From an uncultured Victivallales bacterium (lineage in GTDB: Bacteria > Verrucomicrobiota > Kiritimatiellia > UBA8416 > CAYOBW01): a stretch of 64,000 nt of DNA. Position 1 is the stretch's first letter; the number at the start of each line of letters is the position of its first letter. The notes beneath the pieces were generated by a model. That model was not told where the DNA came from. It did no database searches and was given only the letters and a program-made list of their open reading frames with translations. The DNA lies in the NCBI GenBank assembly GCA_964550025.1, contig CAZJYI010000021.1, forward strand, positions 1-64,000, read 5' to 3'. Both the position numbers and the translations under genes were made by a program. Shown piece after piece: positions 1-9,905 of the stretch.

Positions 1-568
1 ACGGTGACCAGCCGGCTGAGCCCGCGCGGCGCCGTGTGCAGGTCCTGCTTCAGTTCGCGTATGGCCGAGCGGAACTCGGGCACGACCACGTAAAGCTCGG
101 GGTTCTTCAGAACGGCGGCGTAGCGCTCCTTCAGCAACGCGGTCAGTTCTTCGATGGACCTCCCGACGACGTACACCTCTCCCAGGTAGGGCAGCGACAC
201 CTTGCCGTCCGGCCGGACGCGCTCCGTCTCGTTCAGTTCCGGCGAACGCGGGAACTTGACGGCCACGGTGTGGTCCACGGCCAGCACGAAGCTCTCACGC
301 TCCTGCCAGGTCTGAATCTGGTAAAGAACATCGAGCAGGTCGCCGGGGTGAATCCTGTAACTCTCGAAGACGCCGTACGGTTGCCCCTTTTCCTGGAAGG
401 AGAACACGATCTCCTCCATCGCGACTTCGTCATCCGCCAGCTTCTGCTTCTCGCTCGTGGTCCCGCACCCCGCGAGAAACACCAGCGGCAGTACGGCTGC
501 CGCCGCGCACCACCTCTGCCATGCCACGGGCTTGGCGAGGCACCCGCCGAGTTGTCTAAACCTTGCCA
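1..568 (-). CDS. Polysaccharide export protein, Wza/GumB-like (SLBB fold), C-terminus cut by window edge
   Basis: Own translation of the minus strand. It is absent from the ORF track because it runs off the edge. MARFRQLGGCLAKPVAWQRWCAAAAVLPLVFLAGCGTTS is a lipoprotein signal. YRIHPGDLLDV and DGKVSLPYLGEVYVVGRSIEELTALLKERY are typical of Wza-type exporters. ATG near 566-568 abuts the kinase gene stop. Confidence 0.65.
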
Positions 569-1323
569 TACAGCCCTCGCGGTATGTAGTGATGCCTCTT
601 GTTGAGCACGACTCCCAGCACGTTGCCGCCGACGCCCTCAACCTTCTCTCGCGCGAGCTGGAGAACCTGCCACTTCGTCTTCTCGCACTCGATTACAAGC
701 AAGACACCGTCGAAATGCTGGGCCATGATGGCCGCATTCGAGGAGCTCAGAACGGAATCGCCGTCAATGACGACATAGTCGTACTGACTGGCCAGGGCAT
801 CCAGCTTGCCCTTGAAGACCTGCGGGGCAAAGGCCCCGGCCACGTTGGTAACGGCGCCGCCCAGCGGTATGATGGCCAGTCGCGAATACTCGGTATCGAC
901 CACGATCTCGGTAATCTCGGCACGGGAAACCAGGTAGTCCAGCAGCCCCGGCGAATCGCCGACCTGGAAGCACTCGTGCAACGTGGGATTGCCGAGATTG
1001 CCGTCTACAAGCGCCACGCGGCCCGCTGCACGGGTAGCCAAGGCGTAGGCCATTGCCAGCGCCGCGGTGGTCTTGCCTTCTCCCTGCCGTGAGCTGGTCA
1101 CAAACAACGTCTTGACGGGATTGCCCTTGGCCGCGCTGAGGATGTTGCTCTCCAGGGCGGATAGCTCCGTGGCTTCCTTCTCCAGCAGGCGCTTGAACTT
1201 GCGCGAGAGGACGGCCTTTTTCCGGCGGAGCTGCTTGGGGGGAGGGCGGGGCAGCGCCGATGCAACGTTCGACGAGGAAACGAGTCTTTCGTCCTGCTCT
1301 TGGTCGCGATTCTCCAATGGCAT
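556..1323 (-). CDS. P-loop tyrosine autokinase-like ATPase (CpsD/CapB/BY-kinase family), cytoplasmic module only
   Basis: 255 aa. Walker A SRQGEGKTT and Walker B-like YVVIDGDS. Lies directly upstream of the Wza-like gene with overlapping stop/start. Confidence 0.75.
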   Translation of the reverse strand: MPLENRDQEQDERLVSSSNVASALPRPPPKQLRRKKAVLSRKFKRLLEKEATELSALESNILSAAKGNPVKTLFVTSSRQGEGKTTAALAMAYALATRAAGRVALVDGNLGNPTLHECFQVGDSPGLLDYLVSRAEITEIVVDTEYSRLAIIPLGGAVTNVAGAFAPQVFKGKLDALASQYDYVVIDGDSVLSSSNAAIMAQHFDGVLLVIECEKTKWQVLQLAREKVEGVGGNVLGVVLNKRHHYIPRGLYGKV

Positions 1324-1540
1324 CCGGGGACTCCGAGTTGGCGCGGCCGCAAGCCACGCAAATCATGTGAGGCCATGATAGAAGTGGCCACCCGCGGTGT
1401 CAATAGATAGTCGCTCTTTTTCGTCGTTTCGCGGGCAAGGCCGGGATTGACGCCTGTGCAGAGGACACCGCCAGCCCTTTCTCACGCCGGCAGCGCGGGT
1501 CCGGAGAACCCGGTCGAGAGGTGAGGGGGGGCAAGGGGGG

Positions 1541-4075
1541 CTACTCGATGCTCGCTTTCCAGAGCCGCTCGAGCTCCGAATGGTGCTCCAGGAAGGTGTT
1601 CACGACCTGTGGGTCGAATTGTGTGCCCGCGTTGCGCCGGATCTCCTCGCGGGACTCGTCGGGCGGCATGGCGTCGCGATAGACGCGTTTGGAGCGCATG
1701 GCGTCGTACGCGTCAATGACGGCAAAGATGCGTGCCCCCAGGCAGATGCTGTCGCCTTTCAGGTGGCGGGGGTACCCGCCGCCGTTGAAGCGTTCGTGAT
1801 GCGCGCGTACGATTTCGGCCGCGTCCCTGAGGTACGGGCTGGAGCGGATGATGCTGTAGCCGATCTCGGGGTGGCGCCGCATGACTTCCCACTCCTCGTC
1901 CGACAGCTTGCCGGGCTTGTTGAGAACGGCGTCGGGAATGCCGATCTTTCCGATGTCGTGCAGCAGGGCGCCCGACGCGAGGGCCTGGAGATACTCCTTG
2001 CTGACGCCCATCTGCCGGCCCAGCATCACAGCCATCTCGCGTACGCGGGAACTGTGGCGCCCCGTGTAGTTCTCGCGCGCGTCCAGCATGGCCACCAGTG
2101 CCTCGAGCGTGAACTCGTACGACTGTTTGACCTCTTCCAGCGAGGCCGCAACCTGTGCGCTGCGCTCCCGCACCATCTGCTCCAGGTGCTTCTGGTAGCG
2201 CAGGTTCTCGTTGCGCAGGCCATGGTACTCCACGGCCCGTTTCACCAGCGCAAGAAGCTCCTTCTTGCCGAAAGGCTTCTGTATGAAGTCGTACGTGTTC
2301 TCGCGGAGGCAGCTGATCGCATTGTCAACGGTGGCGTATCCCGTCATGACGATCTTGACGATGGTTTCGTCCCCCAGCTCTCGCAGCAGCTCGATGCCGC
2401 TCTTCTCCGGCATCATCAGGTCGGTCAGAACGACGTCGTAAGATTGCGGATTGGCGTTGAGCTCCGCAATCGCCTTGGTTGCCGAGTCGAGCGTTCTGAC
2501 GGTATAGCCTTCGTCGCCCAGCATCCTTTCCACCACGTCCCGGATCAGGGCTTCGTCGTCGACAACGAGGATTCTCCCGCGGGTCGACTCCGTGGCCGCG
2601 GGTGGCCTGGGAACCCCGGTTTCTTCGGGTTCGACTTGCGCGTCGCCGCCCGGCCAGATGCAGGCCTGGTCGCGGCCGGCCCGCTTGGCCTTGTACAGGG
2701 CGCGGTCCGCCTGGCTCAGAAGCTCGCCCGCGGTGGACGGCGCCGTCGGATTGAGGCTTGTCGCTACGCCGACCGAGACCGTCAGCTGCAGCCGGTAGCT
2801 CTTCTCGCAGAAAGTGCGCCCGCGCGCGCTCTCGAGAAGGCGGTTCGCAAAGGCCAGCGCGTCCTGTTCCTCGGCCCTGGGCAGGATGGCAACGAACTCG
2901 TCGCCGCCGTAGCGCGCGATGACGTCGGACGCGCGCGCGACTTTTCGCAGCAGATCCACGAACTCGAGCAGGACCTGGTCGCCGACCGAATGGTCGTACG
3001 AGTCGTTCAGCATCTTGAAGTTGTCTATGTCGATAATGACGACAGCCATGGAGAAGCTGTAGCGCCGGCTGAACAACCAGGCCCGCTCCAGCTCGTCTTC
3101 AAGGCGGATGCGGTTGTAGACGCCGGTGAGGGGATCCTGCGCGGCAAGATGCTGCATCTTGCGCAGCGCCATGAACGCGGCCGAGATGTGATTGGCGGCA
3201 TGGTACAGGAGCGATACGTCGGTCGGCGTGTGGTAAGAGCGGTCCCCGGATGCCAGCGTCAGCAGCCCGCACACTTCGTGCTCGAGGATGATGGGCACCG
3301 AGAGCGAGGAGGCCATCGTGGCGGGACCCTCTTCGCTGTAGGGCTCTCCCTCGTGGCGCACGTGCAGCATTTCCCCCTCGATCGGCGTTCCGCTCAGCGT
3401 TTCGAAACGCGCGCACATCTCCTCGTTGACCGCGGCTGCAAAATCCTCGTGAACGGCGTTGCGGGATGTGAGGAGCAGAACGCGCTCGTCCTGCTGGTGC
3501 ACGAGGATACCGATCATGTCCGACGGAAGCAGGTCGCCCAGCGCGCGCCCGAAGTCAAAGAGAGCGCCTACAAGCGACTCCGTCCCCGTGGTTTCTTCCG
3601 CGAGACGCGAAAGGAGCCGCAGGTGGTTGCGCAGCAGGTTCAGCGCATTGTCGAGGTGGACGCTCTGCTGCCCCCGCCGCTTGGCCTGGGCCTCCTCGAT
3701 GACGTTCTGGCAGAGCCCCATCAGGTCCGGGGACTTGTCCAGCACCTTGTCGACACCCAGCTCGGTTGCCCGCGCTACGACGTCCTCGGTCACGTAGGCC
3801 GACGCGATGACGACCCCCATCCAGGGCCAGATTTTCAGCGCCTCTTCGAGAAAGACGAGACCGCTCATCTCGTCCATGCGCAGGTCAATGACCAGAACGT
3901 CATAGCTCTGCTGCATGAGCACTTGGAGGGCCGCGCGACCGCTGTTGGCGGCCTCTACCTCGCATCCGGCCTTCCTGAGCGCCTTCTGGTACAGGTTGCA
4001 GACCTCGGGCTCATCGTCCACGACAAGCACGCGCGGCGGCTTCTGCGAATCCTCGACTATGTCGTTTTCCGGCAT
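1541..4075 (-). CDS. c-di-GMP signalling response regulator, REC / GAF-like / GGDEF / REC / HD-GYP
   Basis: Track ORF 1541..4279. RVLVVDDEPEV (REC1), RYGGDEFVAIL (GGDEF), RILVVDDEALIRD (REC2), HHERFNGGGYP (HD-GYP). Likely start is MPENDIV by codon arithmetic rather than GTG at 4279. Confidence 0.85.
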   Translation of the reverse strand: MPENDIVEDSQKPPRVLVVDDEPEVCNLYQKALRKAGCEVEAANSGRAALQVLMQQSYDVLVIDLRMDEMSGLVFLEEALKIWPWMGVVIASAYVTEDVVARATELGVDKVLDKSPDLMGLCQNVIEEAQAKRRGQQSVHLDNALNLLRNHLRLLSRLAEETTGTESLVGALFDFGRALGDLLPSDMIGILVHQQDERVLLLTSRNAVHEDFAAAVNEEMCARFETLSGTPIEGEMLHVRHEGEPYSEEGPATMASSLSVPIILEHEVCGLLTLASGDRSYHTPTDVSLLYHAANHISAAFMALRKMQHLAAQDPLTGVYNRIRLEDELERAWLFSRRYSFSMAVVIIDIDNFKMLNDSYDHSVGDQVLLEFVDLLRKVARASDVIARYGGDEFVAILPRAEEQDALAFANRLLESARGRTFCEKSYRLQLTVSVGVATSLNPTAPSTAGELLSQADRALYKAKRAGRDQACIWPGGDAQVEPEETGVPRPPAATESTRGRILVVDDEALIRDVVERMLGDEGYTVRTLDSATKAIAELNANPQSYDVVLTDLMMPEKSGIELLRELGDETIVKIVMTGYATVDNAISCLRENTYDFIQKPFGKKELLALVKRAVEYHGLRNENLRYQKHLEQMVRERSAQVAASLEEVKQSYEFTLEALVAMLDARENYTGRHSSRVREMAVMLGRQMGVSKEYLQALASGALLHDIGKIGIPDAVLNKPGKLSDEEWEVMRRHPEIGYSIIRSSPYLRDAAEIVRAHHERFNGGGYPRHLKGDSICLGARIFAVIDAYDAMRSKRVYRDAMPPDESREEIRRNAGTQFDPQVVNTFLEHHSELERLWKASIE

Positions 4076-4217
4076 CGATCTACGCTGATGTGGTCCACGG
4101 CAGCCCGCCGGGACGTCCCGGTCAGGCATGCTGTTGCCGGAGAACTTGCCAAGTTTCGCGGCGGAATACAAGCATGGAGTGCGGGGTGGAAATGGCGGTC
4201 GGCGGCCCCTTCGCGCA

Positions 4218-4262
4218 TAGGTCCCATGGGTCCCATGGGTCCCATACGTCCCATACATCCCG
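4218..4262. repeat. Tandem 9-bp repeat (GGTCCCATG x3, then GGTCCCATA, CGTCCCATA) upstream of the c-di-GMP regulator
   Basis: Read directly: ggtcccatgggtcccatgggtcccatacgtcccatacatcc. A two-unit relative, ggtcccatccgtcccatc, lies at about 24726-24745. Confidence 0.6.
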
Positions 4263-4294
4263 GAAGCGCCACCCGCCACCCGCCACGCCCCTCC

Positions 4295-5098
4295 TCACCG
4301 AAACAGGATGTCGCAGACGTTGCGGACGTACTTTTCGTCGCTCAGGCCTTCGGTTGCTTCGGTCGTAAAGGCGACTTTGCGCTCGAGGTGGCGGCGGATG
4401 CAGGCGAAGAGTTGCAGTCGTGCGTCCTCATCGAGGTCGGCGCGGCGCATGAGCGACTCGAGCGCGATGCCGGCCTCGCGCGGCAGGATGCGCTGGTGCA
4501 ACCGGGCCGCGATGTGCGGGTAGTGGCGAAAAGAGTTGTACTTGTCCGGCAAAAGCTGGTCGAGGTCCGGTTCCGGGATGCGCGGGTGGTGGACCACGAT
4601 CGTGTTGGCAGCGATGTCGCCCAGTCGCTGGCCGCGCGAGCCGAAGAGCGAAAACAGGCCCCCTACCAGGTAGAAGGCGGGCAACTGGTCGACGAACCGC
4701 AGGATGTTGCGGATGGCGACCTGGCTGAAATGCAGGCGCAGCCCCTGCTCGTCCATGACCTGCAGGCGCAGGAGCTTCTTTCCGAGCGTGCGCCCCTGCC
4801 AGAGCCACTCGAACGCCATGTAGTAGCCGATGCCGATCACAAAGGCCGCCACCATGCCGATGGCCGTTCCAAAGTCCGGGATCGCCGCGCGAACGGGTGA
4901 CAGTATGGTGTTGACGATGGACACCAGTATGCTGATGCAGACCATGTCGATGGCCACGGCAAGGAAACGCGTGACCGGATTGGCTACGAGCAAGGGAAAG
5001 AGAATGCCTTCGGGCGTCCGCACCATGAGGACCTTCCGGTGCCTCTTGACGTCCGCGCGTGAGCCGGCCGTCTGGCCTGTGGCGGTGGTTCCCGGCAC
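4295..5098 (-). CDS. RDD family membrane protein
   Basis: 267 aa. TM helices and the GQRLGDIAANTIVV RDD-type motif. Start overlaps the stop of the upstream gene by 1 nt. Confidence 0.8.
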   Translation of the reverse strand: MPGTTATGQTAGSRADVKRHRKVLMVRTPEGILFPLLVANPVTRFLAVAIDMVCISILVSIVNTILSPVRAAIPDFGTAIGMVAAFVIGIGYYMAFEWLWQGRTLGKKLLRLQVMDEQGLRLHFSQVAIRNILRFVDQLPAFYLVGGLFSLFGSRGQRLGDIAANTIVVHHPRIPEPDLDQLLPDKYNSFRHYPHIAARLHQRILPREAGIALESLMRRADLDEDARLQLFACIRRHLERKVAFTTEATEGLSDEKYVRNVCDILFR

Positions 5099-6150
5099 TA
5101 CGATGTGACCTCCTTCGCTGCGGATCGCGCCCTCTCAGAGACGACGCTTCCTTCGCCCTTCGCCGTTCCGCGCCCGGCCAGCGACAGGAAGAAGATGACG
5201 CCCGCGAGCTGGACGGAACCGAACACGATCTTCACGGCGTAGGGGATGACCGGTTCGTGGTATTGCGATAGGAACGACTCGACGATACCGGCCCACACAA
5301 GCAGCAGGGCGATTCCCCCCACGAGCGTGACAAGGTCCGGAACCACTTCGCGCAGTCGTTCGCGCAGCGACAGTCTCCGGCCCCAGCCGATCATGGCCCC
5401 CGCCAGCACGAAGGCGGCCTGCCCTGCCACCAGTATGGCCGGAATCTCGACCGAGCCGTGCGGCAGCAGCCATCCCGCCAGGAATGCCGATTCCCCGGCC
5501 AGCACGTAGTCCGTTGCCACGGCCCCCAGGATGACGCCGTTGTAGAAGAGCATCGCGATTACGCCGATCCCCCAGGTGGCGCCCAGCGCCAGCGTGTACA
5601 GGCAGACCCGCGTGTTGTGCGTCATGTACCATGCCGCGCCGCGCGCCTTGATTCCGCGCAGGGCATCGTCATCCACCTCTTCTTCCTGCGTGACGCGTTC
5701 GGAGGGGGAGCCCATGAGATGCTGAAACGGGACCACAACGGACTTCGACTCCGGGTCCAGGGCGATGATGGCCGCCCCGAAAAGGCAACCAAGGAGCGTA
5801 ACGGTGGCCGAGAGCCGGAACGCTCCGGCGTGCTTGCGAAAAGTGCGCGGGAGTGTGCCCGTCAGCCAGCGCAACGGGCGCAGGCGGTGCGGCTTGCGCC
5901 GTGTCTCGTGAATCTCGCCGTAGGCGCGGGCCACGAGGGACTCCAGGTAGCGGCGCGTATCGCGTTCGGACGCAAATGTGGCCAGCTTTGCCAGGTCGGC
6001 CGAAACGCGTTCGTAGAGGTGGTGGAAACGGCGGACCTCGGCCAGGTTCAGCGTGCGGGTGTGATCGCGTGCCAGCCGCTCGAGAATGGCCTCGAGCTCT
6101 TGCCAGTACGGTCGTTCGGCCTCGATGAAGCGTTCGAGATCGATGATCAT
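5098..6150 (-). CDS. SpoIIM-like (DUF95) polytopic membrane protein
   Basis: Real start is MIIDLERF at residue 229 of the 578-aa track ORF. The N-terminal 228 residues of the track ORF are out-of-context R/G-rich. TAATG overlap with the DUF58 gene stop. Confidence 0.75.
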   Translation of the reverse strand: MIIDLERFIEAERPYWQELEAILERLARDHTRTLNLAEVRRFHHLYERVSADLAKLATFASERDTRRYLESLVARAYGEIHETRRKPHRLRPLRWLTGTLPRTFRKHAGAFRLSATVTLLGCLFGAAIIALDPESKSVVVPFQHLMGSPSERVTQEEEVDDDALRGIKARGAAWYMTHNTRVCLYTLALGATWGIGVIAMLFYNGVILGAVATDYVLAGESAFLAGWLLPHGSVEIPAILVAGQAAFVLAGAMIGWGRRLSLRERLREVVPDLVTLVGGIALLLVWAGIVESFLSQYHEPVIPYAVKIVFGSVQLAGVIFFLSLAGRGTAKGEGSVVSERARSAAKEVTS

Positions 6151-7535
6151 TACAGCACCTGCCTTGCCTTGACGCTCATGTATTGCGTGACGAGCTCCGT
6201 GCTGAGCCGGTCGTCCTCGACCATGCTCAGACCGACGCCCACGTGGTGGAGCGACTTCTCGACCTCGCGCACCTTCTGCCAGACCATGTGCCCTCCCAGG
6301 CTGCCGTACAGATCGTCCACGTGTGTGGCCTTCGCCGCGGCAAACACGGGACCAATGCCCGGCTGGGCGATGGTCGACACCAGCACGACGTGCTGGCGGC
6401 AGATCAACCGCACGTTGTCCAGGAAACTCTCCGCGATCTGCGGGTCGGTCAGGTCCGTGAGAACCAGCAGCAACGCGCGCCGTCGCAAGCGGAGCCGGAT
6501 GAACGAAAAGAGCTCGCCGAAGTCGGGCGTGGCCGTTTCGGCCGGCAGCATGTAGATCGCGTCGCGGCAGGCGTCGTAGTGCGCCTTGCCGCCCGAGGCG
6601 CGGATGAAGCGCGTCACGCGCTCGCTGAACGTCACGAGACCGAAGAGATCGCCCTGTTGCTCGGCCACCAGGCCCAGGACCAGCGCGGATCGGAGGAAGT
6701 GCTCCAGGGCCGGTTCGCCCCCGTTCTCCCGTCCGCTGAGGCGGGAGTGGTCCACGAGCACGTAGATCTCCTGGGTCCGTTCGACCTGGTACAGTTTGGT
6801 GACGGGTCTTCCCCGCTTGGCCGTTGCCTTCCAATGGATGTCGTCATAGCTGTCGCCGGGGATGTAATCCCGGAGCTTCTCGAAGTCGCGTCCCTGTCCG
6901 AGCATCCGCTGTGTGTGCAGACCGAAATCCCCGCGGTTCAGGAAGATGGCAGCGAGACGATTTCGCTCGCACAGCAGGTTGGGATATACGCGGATCTCAG
7001 CACGCACCGGCGTGGAGCCCCGTGCCAGCCAGAGTCCGAACGGCGAAATGACCTGGTGGTAGCAACGGTCGATGAAGAAGCGGCCGCGGGCTGCCGCCAC
7101 GCAAGCCCAGTCGATACTGGACTTGGCCGTGTCTGCCGGGTGGCGGCAGGTCATCGTCTCGTGCTCGGATGCGATTTCCCGCGGCAGTGGGAGGCCGATA
7201 ACCACGTCTTCGGCCCGGTCGGCCCGGTGCTCGATGAACACCGGAATGACGCCGGGCCTGTCCTTCGACAGGCGCACGACCTCGGGGATCGTTACACGCA
7301 GACCCCGTGCCGAACCGCGTGAGAGCAACGCGTCCGCGACCGCTACCAGACCCAGCGCGGCAAAAACAAGCAGCGAGACCCCGCTCGCGGCCGGCACCAT
7401 GGGACCGAGCGCGGCAAACGGCAGCACCACGATCAGCCAGATCAACAACCTGTTACTTGGTACTAGCATGGGCATTGGACCAGCGACTAGCGACTCGCGA
7501 CCAGCGGTTTCGCTCTTCTGCTCTCCTCTCTCCAA
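6150..7535 (-). CDS. DUF58 (vWA-like) protein
   Basis: YIPGDSYDDIHWKATAKRGRPVTKLYQ is the hallmark DUF58 motif. Follows MoxR after a 16-nt gap. Confidence 0.85.
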   Translation of the reverse strand: MERGEQKSETAGRESLVAGPMPMLVPSNRLLIWLIVVLPFAALGPMVPAASGVSLLVFAALGLVAVADALLSRGSARGLRVTIPEVVRLSKDRPGVIPVFIEHRADRAEDVVIGLPLPREIASEHETMTCRHPADTAKSSIDWACVAAARGRFFIDRCYHQVISPFGLWLARGSTPVRAEIRVYPNLLCERNRLAAIFLNRGDFGLHTQRMLGQGRDFEKLRDYIPGDSYDDIHWKATAKRGRPVTKLYQVERTQEIYVLVDHSRLSGRENGGEPALEHFLRSALVLGLVAEQQGDLFGLVTFSERVTRFIRASGGKAHYDACRDAIYMLPAETATPDFGELFSFIRLRLRRRALLLVLTDLTDPQIAESFLDNVRLICRQHVVLVSTIAQPGIGPVFAAAKATHVDDLYGSLGGHMVWQKVREVEKSLHHVGVGLSMVEDDRLSTELVTQYMSVKARQVL

Positions 7536-7551
7536 TTCGCAATTTGCGATT

Positions 7552-8511
7552 CTACCTCGGTACCGCCACCGCCTCCAGGATCTCGCCGATGACTTCCTCT
7601 ACGGTCAGTCCTTCGATCTCGAATTCGGGCCGCAGGATGAGGCGGTGCACGAGGACGGGGACGGCCATGTCCTTGATGTCGTCGGGCGTCACGAAGTCGC
7701 GACCGCTGACGGCGGCGTAGGCGCGGCTCGCGATCAGCAGCCCCTGCGTGGCGCGCGGGCCGGCGCCGACCAGGATGCTGCCGTGTTCGCGTGACTGGCG
7801 AACGATGTCGACAATGTAGCCGAGAAGCTCATCGCGCACCGTGACGCCCTGCAGCTCGCCGCGCAGTTCGGACAACTCCCCCGGGCTGATGACCGCCTCG
7901 ACGGCGTCGCCGGCCAGAACGGCCTCGGGGGCGTCCTCGCCCAGCATGCGCTGCGCAAGGGTCAATTCGTCGTCCCGCTCAGGACACAGCATCGGCACTT
8001 TGAGCATGAAGCGGTCCTTCTGGGCTTCGGGCAGGGGATAGGTGCCTTCGTATTCGATGGGGTTCTGAGTCGCGAAAACCGTGAAGTTCGCCGACAGCGC
8101 GTGGGTCTCGCGGTCGATGGTGACGCGCCGCTCCTGCATGGCCTGGAGAAGCGCGGACTGCGTCTTGGCTGGCGCGCGGTTGATCTCGTCGGCCAGCAGG
8201 AACGTCGTGAAGACCGGGCCCTTGATCAGCGTGAAGACGTTCTCCTTCAGGTTGAAGACGTTGGTTCCGGTAATATCGGCGGGCATGAGGTCGGGGGTGA
8301 ACTGGATGCGTTGCGTGTCGCACCCCAGTACCTTGCCCAGCGTACGGACGAGCAGGGTCTTGGCCACGCCGGGCACGCCTTCGATCAGGGCGTGAGTGCC
8401 CGTGAAAATCGTAATGAGCGCCATGTCGACAACGCGCTCCTGGCCTATGATGACCTTCGACACTTCGGCGCGAGCCCTTGTCAGCACTTCGGCAAGCCGT
8501 TCGGTGTTCAT
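7552..8511 (-). CDS. moxR: MoxR-family AAA+ ATPase
   Basis: 319 aa. IIGQERVVDMALITIFTGTHALIEGVPGVAKT Walker A, and a sensor region. ATGA overlap with the upstream gene. Confidence 0.9.
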   Translation of the reverse strand: MNTERLAEVLTRARAEVSKVIIGQERVVDMALITIFTGTHALIEGVPGVAKTLLVRTLGKVLGCDTQRIQFTPDLMPADITGTNVFNLKENVFTLIKGPVFTTFLLADEINRAPAKTQSALLQAMQERRVTIDRETHALSANFTVFATQNPIEYEGTYPLPEAQKDRFMLKVPMLCPERDDELTLAQRMLGEDAPEAVLAGDAVEAVISPGELSELRGELQGVTVRDELLGYIVDIVRQSREHGSILVGAGPRATQGLLIASRAYAAVSGRDFVTPDDIKDMAVPVLVHRLILRPEFEIEGLTVEEVIGEILEAVAVPR

Positions 8512-9905
8512 TGTGCTTTCTCCTCTCCGTCGTCTTGTGGTCTATTCTCAACATTAAGTGTCTGGCGTTCGTGCAGGAAAGCGGCGATGCGGTTGTAGGC
8601 GCGGGCGATGTTGCGCTCTTTGCGTGGTTTTGCGCTCTCGGCGTCGGCGATTTTGCGCATGGCGGCGAGCTTGCGCGCGGTGTCGGCGGCGGTGTGTGGC
8701 GCGGAGCGTTTCCACTCGTCGATACAGGCGTCGAGAACGTGGCGCCTGGCGATGTTCCTCCGCAGCAGGTTGACGAGTCCGGAGACGGAGTCCTTGCCGG
8801 GCGAGAACTCCACGGCCGGGCCGCGGGCGGCGGACTCGTACGGGGGGACGAGACTGGAAGCGCTTTGCCATACGAACAACAGGGCGAGCAACACCAGGCC
8901 CGCCCCGAACCAGTGCAGCCTGTAGCGGCGTGCCAGCATGACCACGCCTTGCGGTGTCTGAATGCCGTGGTGGTGCTCGTCGAACACGACGGTAGTGCTG
9001 TCCCCGATCAGCCACAACAGGAGTGGCGTCCGACGCCTGCGTCTGAGGGCCTCGTTGGAAACAAAGTAGCCCGGCGCCGAGAGAACCAGCGCCCCGTCCC
9101 CCCAGGGGCGCTCAATGACGACCGGGTTGCCGTCGCGTTCGTACAATACGCGCCAGTCCTCCGTGAGGTCGCAGAAACAGCGTGTTGTGCGGCAGGTGAC
9201 GGTGTTCGGGAGCCCCTCTTCGACGGCCCAGACCGTTGCCGTTGCGGTGGGCGCCTCCTCGATCGTGACGAAAGCGATCCCGACATTGAGCCAGTCTTTC
9301 AGCCGGACGGTCTTTGCCCGGTCGCTGCGCGGGGTTGGCACCGGCACCACCCCCTGTTCGTCCCAGCGGACCTCCAGATCCTCCTCTTCCTCCTCGTCTT
9401 TACCCTCGTCTTTACCTTCGTCTTCACCTTCGTCTGCAGCGTCCGTCTCCTCCTCCTCGGAATCGTCCGCATCCCCATCCTCGTCTTCCTCTCCTCCGAG
9501 CAGGAAGTAGTCCTCTTCGGACTCACGGGCGGTTGGCTGGAGTGTGACGACCACGCGTCCCCCCCGACGCATGAACGCGCTGAGGCGGTTGGCGGATTCC
9601 CGCGAGACGCTGGCGTATTCCGACGTGGGCAGGTAGTCGCCGAGGAAGAGCAGCGCCGTGTTGGAAGGAAGCGCTTCGAGGTCGACTCGCGTGAGAGGTT
9701 CGAAGCAGCGCGAAACGGTTGTGCCGACGCAGGACGCCAGTCCGTCGTACAAGACGCGCGTTCCGAGCGGATCGGACCGCAATGAGGAGTAAGGGGGGTA
9801 GATGTCACCCGCCTCGAAACGCAGGACGAAAAGCTGCGAAACGCCCAGGACGAGCACGGCCCCGAGGAGCAGGGCGGAGATGATGCCTGTCCGGTTTCCC
9901 CGCAT
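8508..9905 (-). CDS. Membrane-anchored protein with a D/E-rich insert, DUF4350-like position in MoxR/DUF58 clusters
   Basis: Start MRGNRTGIISALLLGAVLVLGV (residue 173 of the track ORF). Acidic tract EEDEDGDADDSEEEETDAADEGEDEGKDEGKDEEEEED. 1-nt overlap on both sides. Confidence 0.6.
   Translation of the reverse strand: MRGNRTGIISALLLGAVLVLGVSQLFVLRFEAGDIYPPYSSLRSDPLGTRVLYDGLASCVGTTVSRCFEPLTRVDLEALPSNTALLFLGDYLPTSEYASVSRESANRLSAFMRRGGRVVVTLQPTARESEEDYFLLGGEEDEDGDADDSEEEETDAADEGEDEGKDEGKDEEEEEDLEVRWDEQGVVPVPTPRSDRAKTVRLKDWLNVGIAFVTIEEAPTATATVWAVEEGLPNTVTCRTTRCFCDLTEDWRVLYERDGNPVVIERPWGDGALVLSAPGYFVSNEALRRRRRTPLLLWLIGDSTTVVFDEHHHGIQTPQGVVMLARRYRLHWFGAGLVLLALLFVWQSASSLVPPYESAARGPAVEFSPGKDSVSGLVNLLRRNIARRHVLDACIDEWKRSAPHTAADTARKLAAMRKIADAESAKPRKERNIARAYNRIAAFLHERQTLNVENRPQDDGEEKAQ

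Noticed and set aside
36-605. 189-aa plus-strand ORF with GTG start
   Set aside because: Antisense to the Wza-like exporter, whose lipoprotein signal and SLBB motifs read clearly on the minus strand.
1580-4900. 1106-aa plus-strand ORF
   Set aside because: Antisense to the REC-GGDEF-HD-GYP gene and the RDD gene. Arg/Ala/Gly-rich high-GC artefact with no domain motifs.
5098-6834. N-terminal 228 residues of the 578-aa track ORF
   Set aside because: R/G/P-rich, overlaps the DUF58 gene in another frame. The real gene starts at MIIDLERF (6150) with a TAATG junction.
7490-7515. GAGTCGC/TAGTCGC triplet repeat near the MoxR/DUF58 junction
   Set aside because: Lies inside the DUF58 coding frame (GRESLVAG), so probably incidental codon repetition rather than a regulatory repeat.
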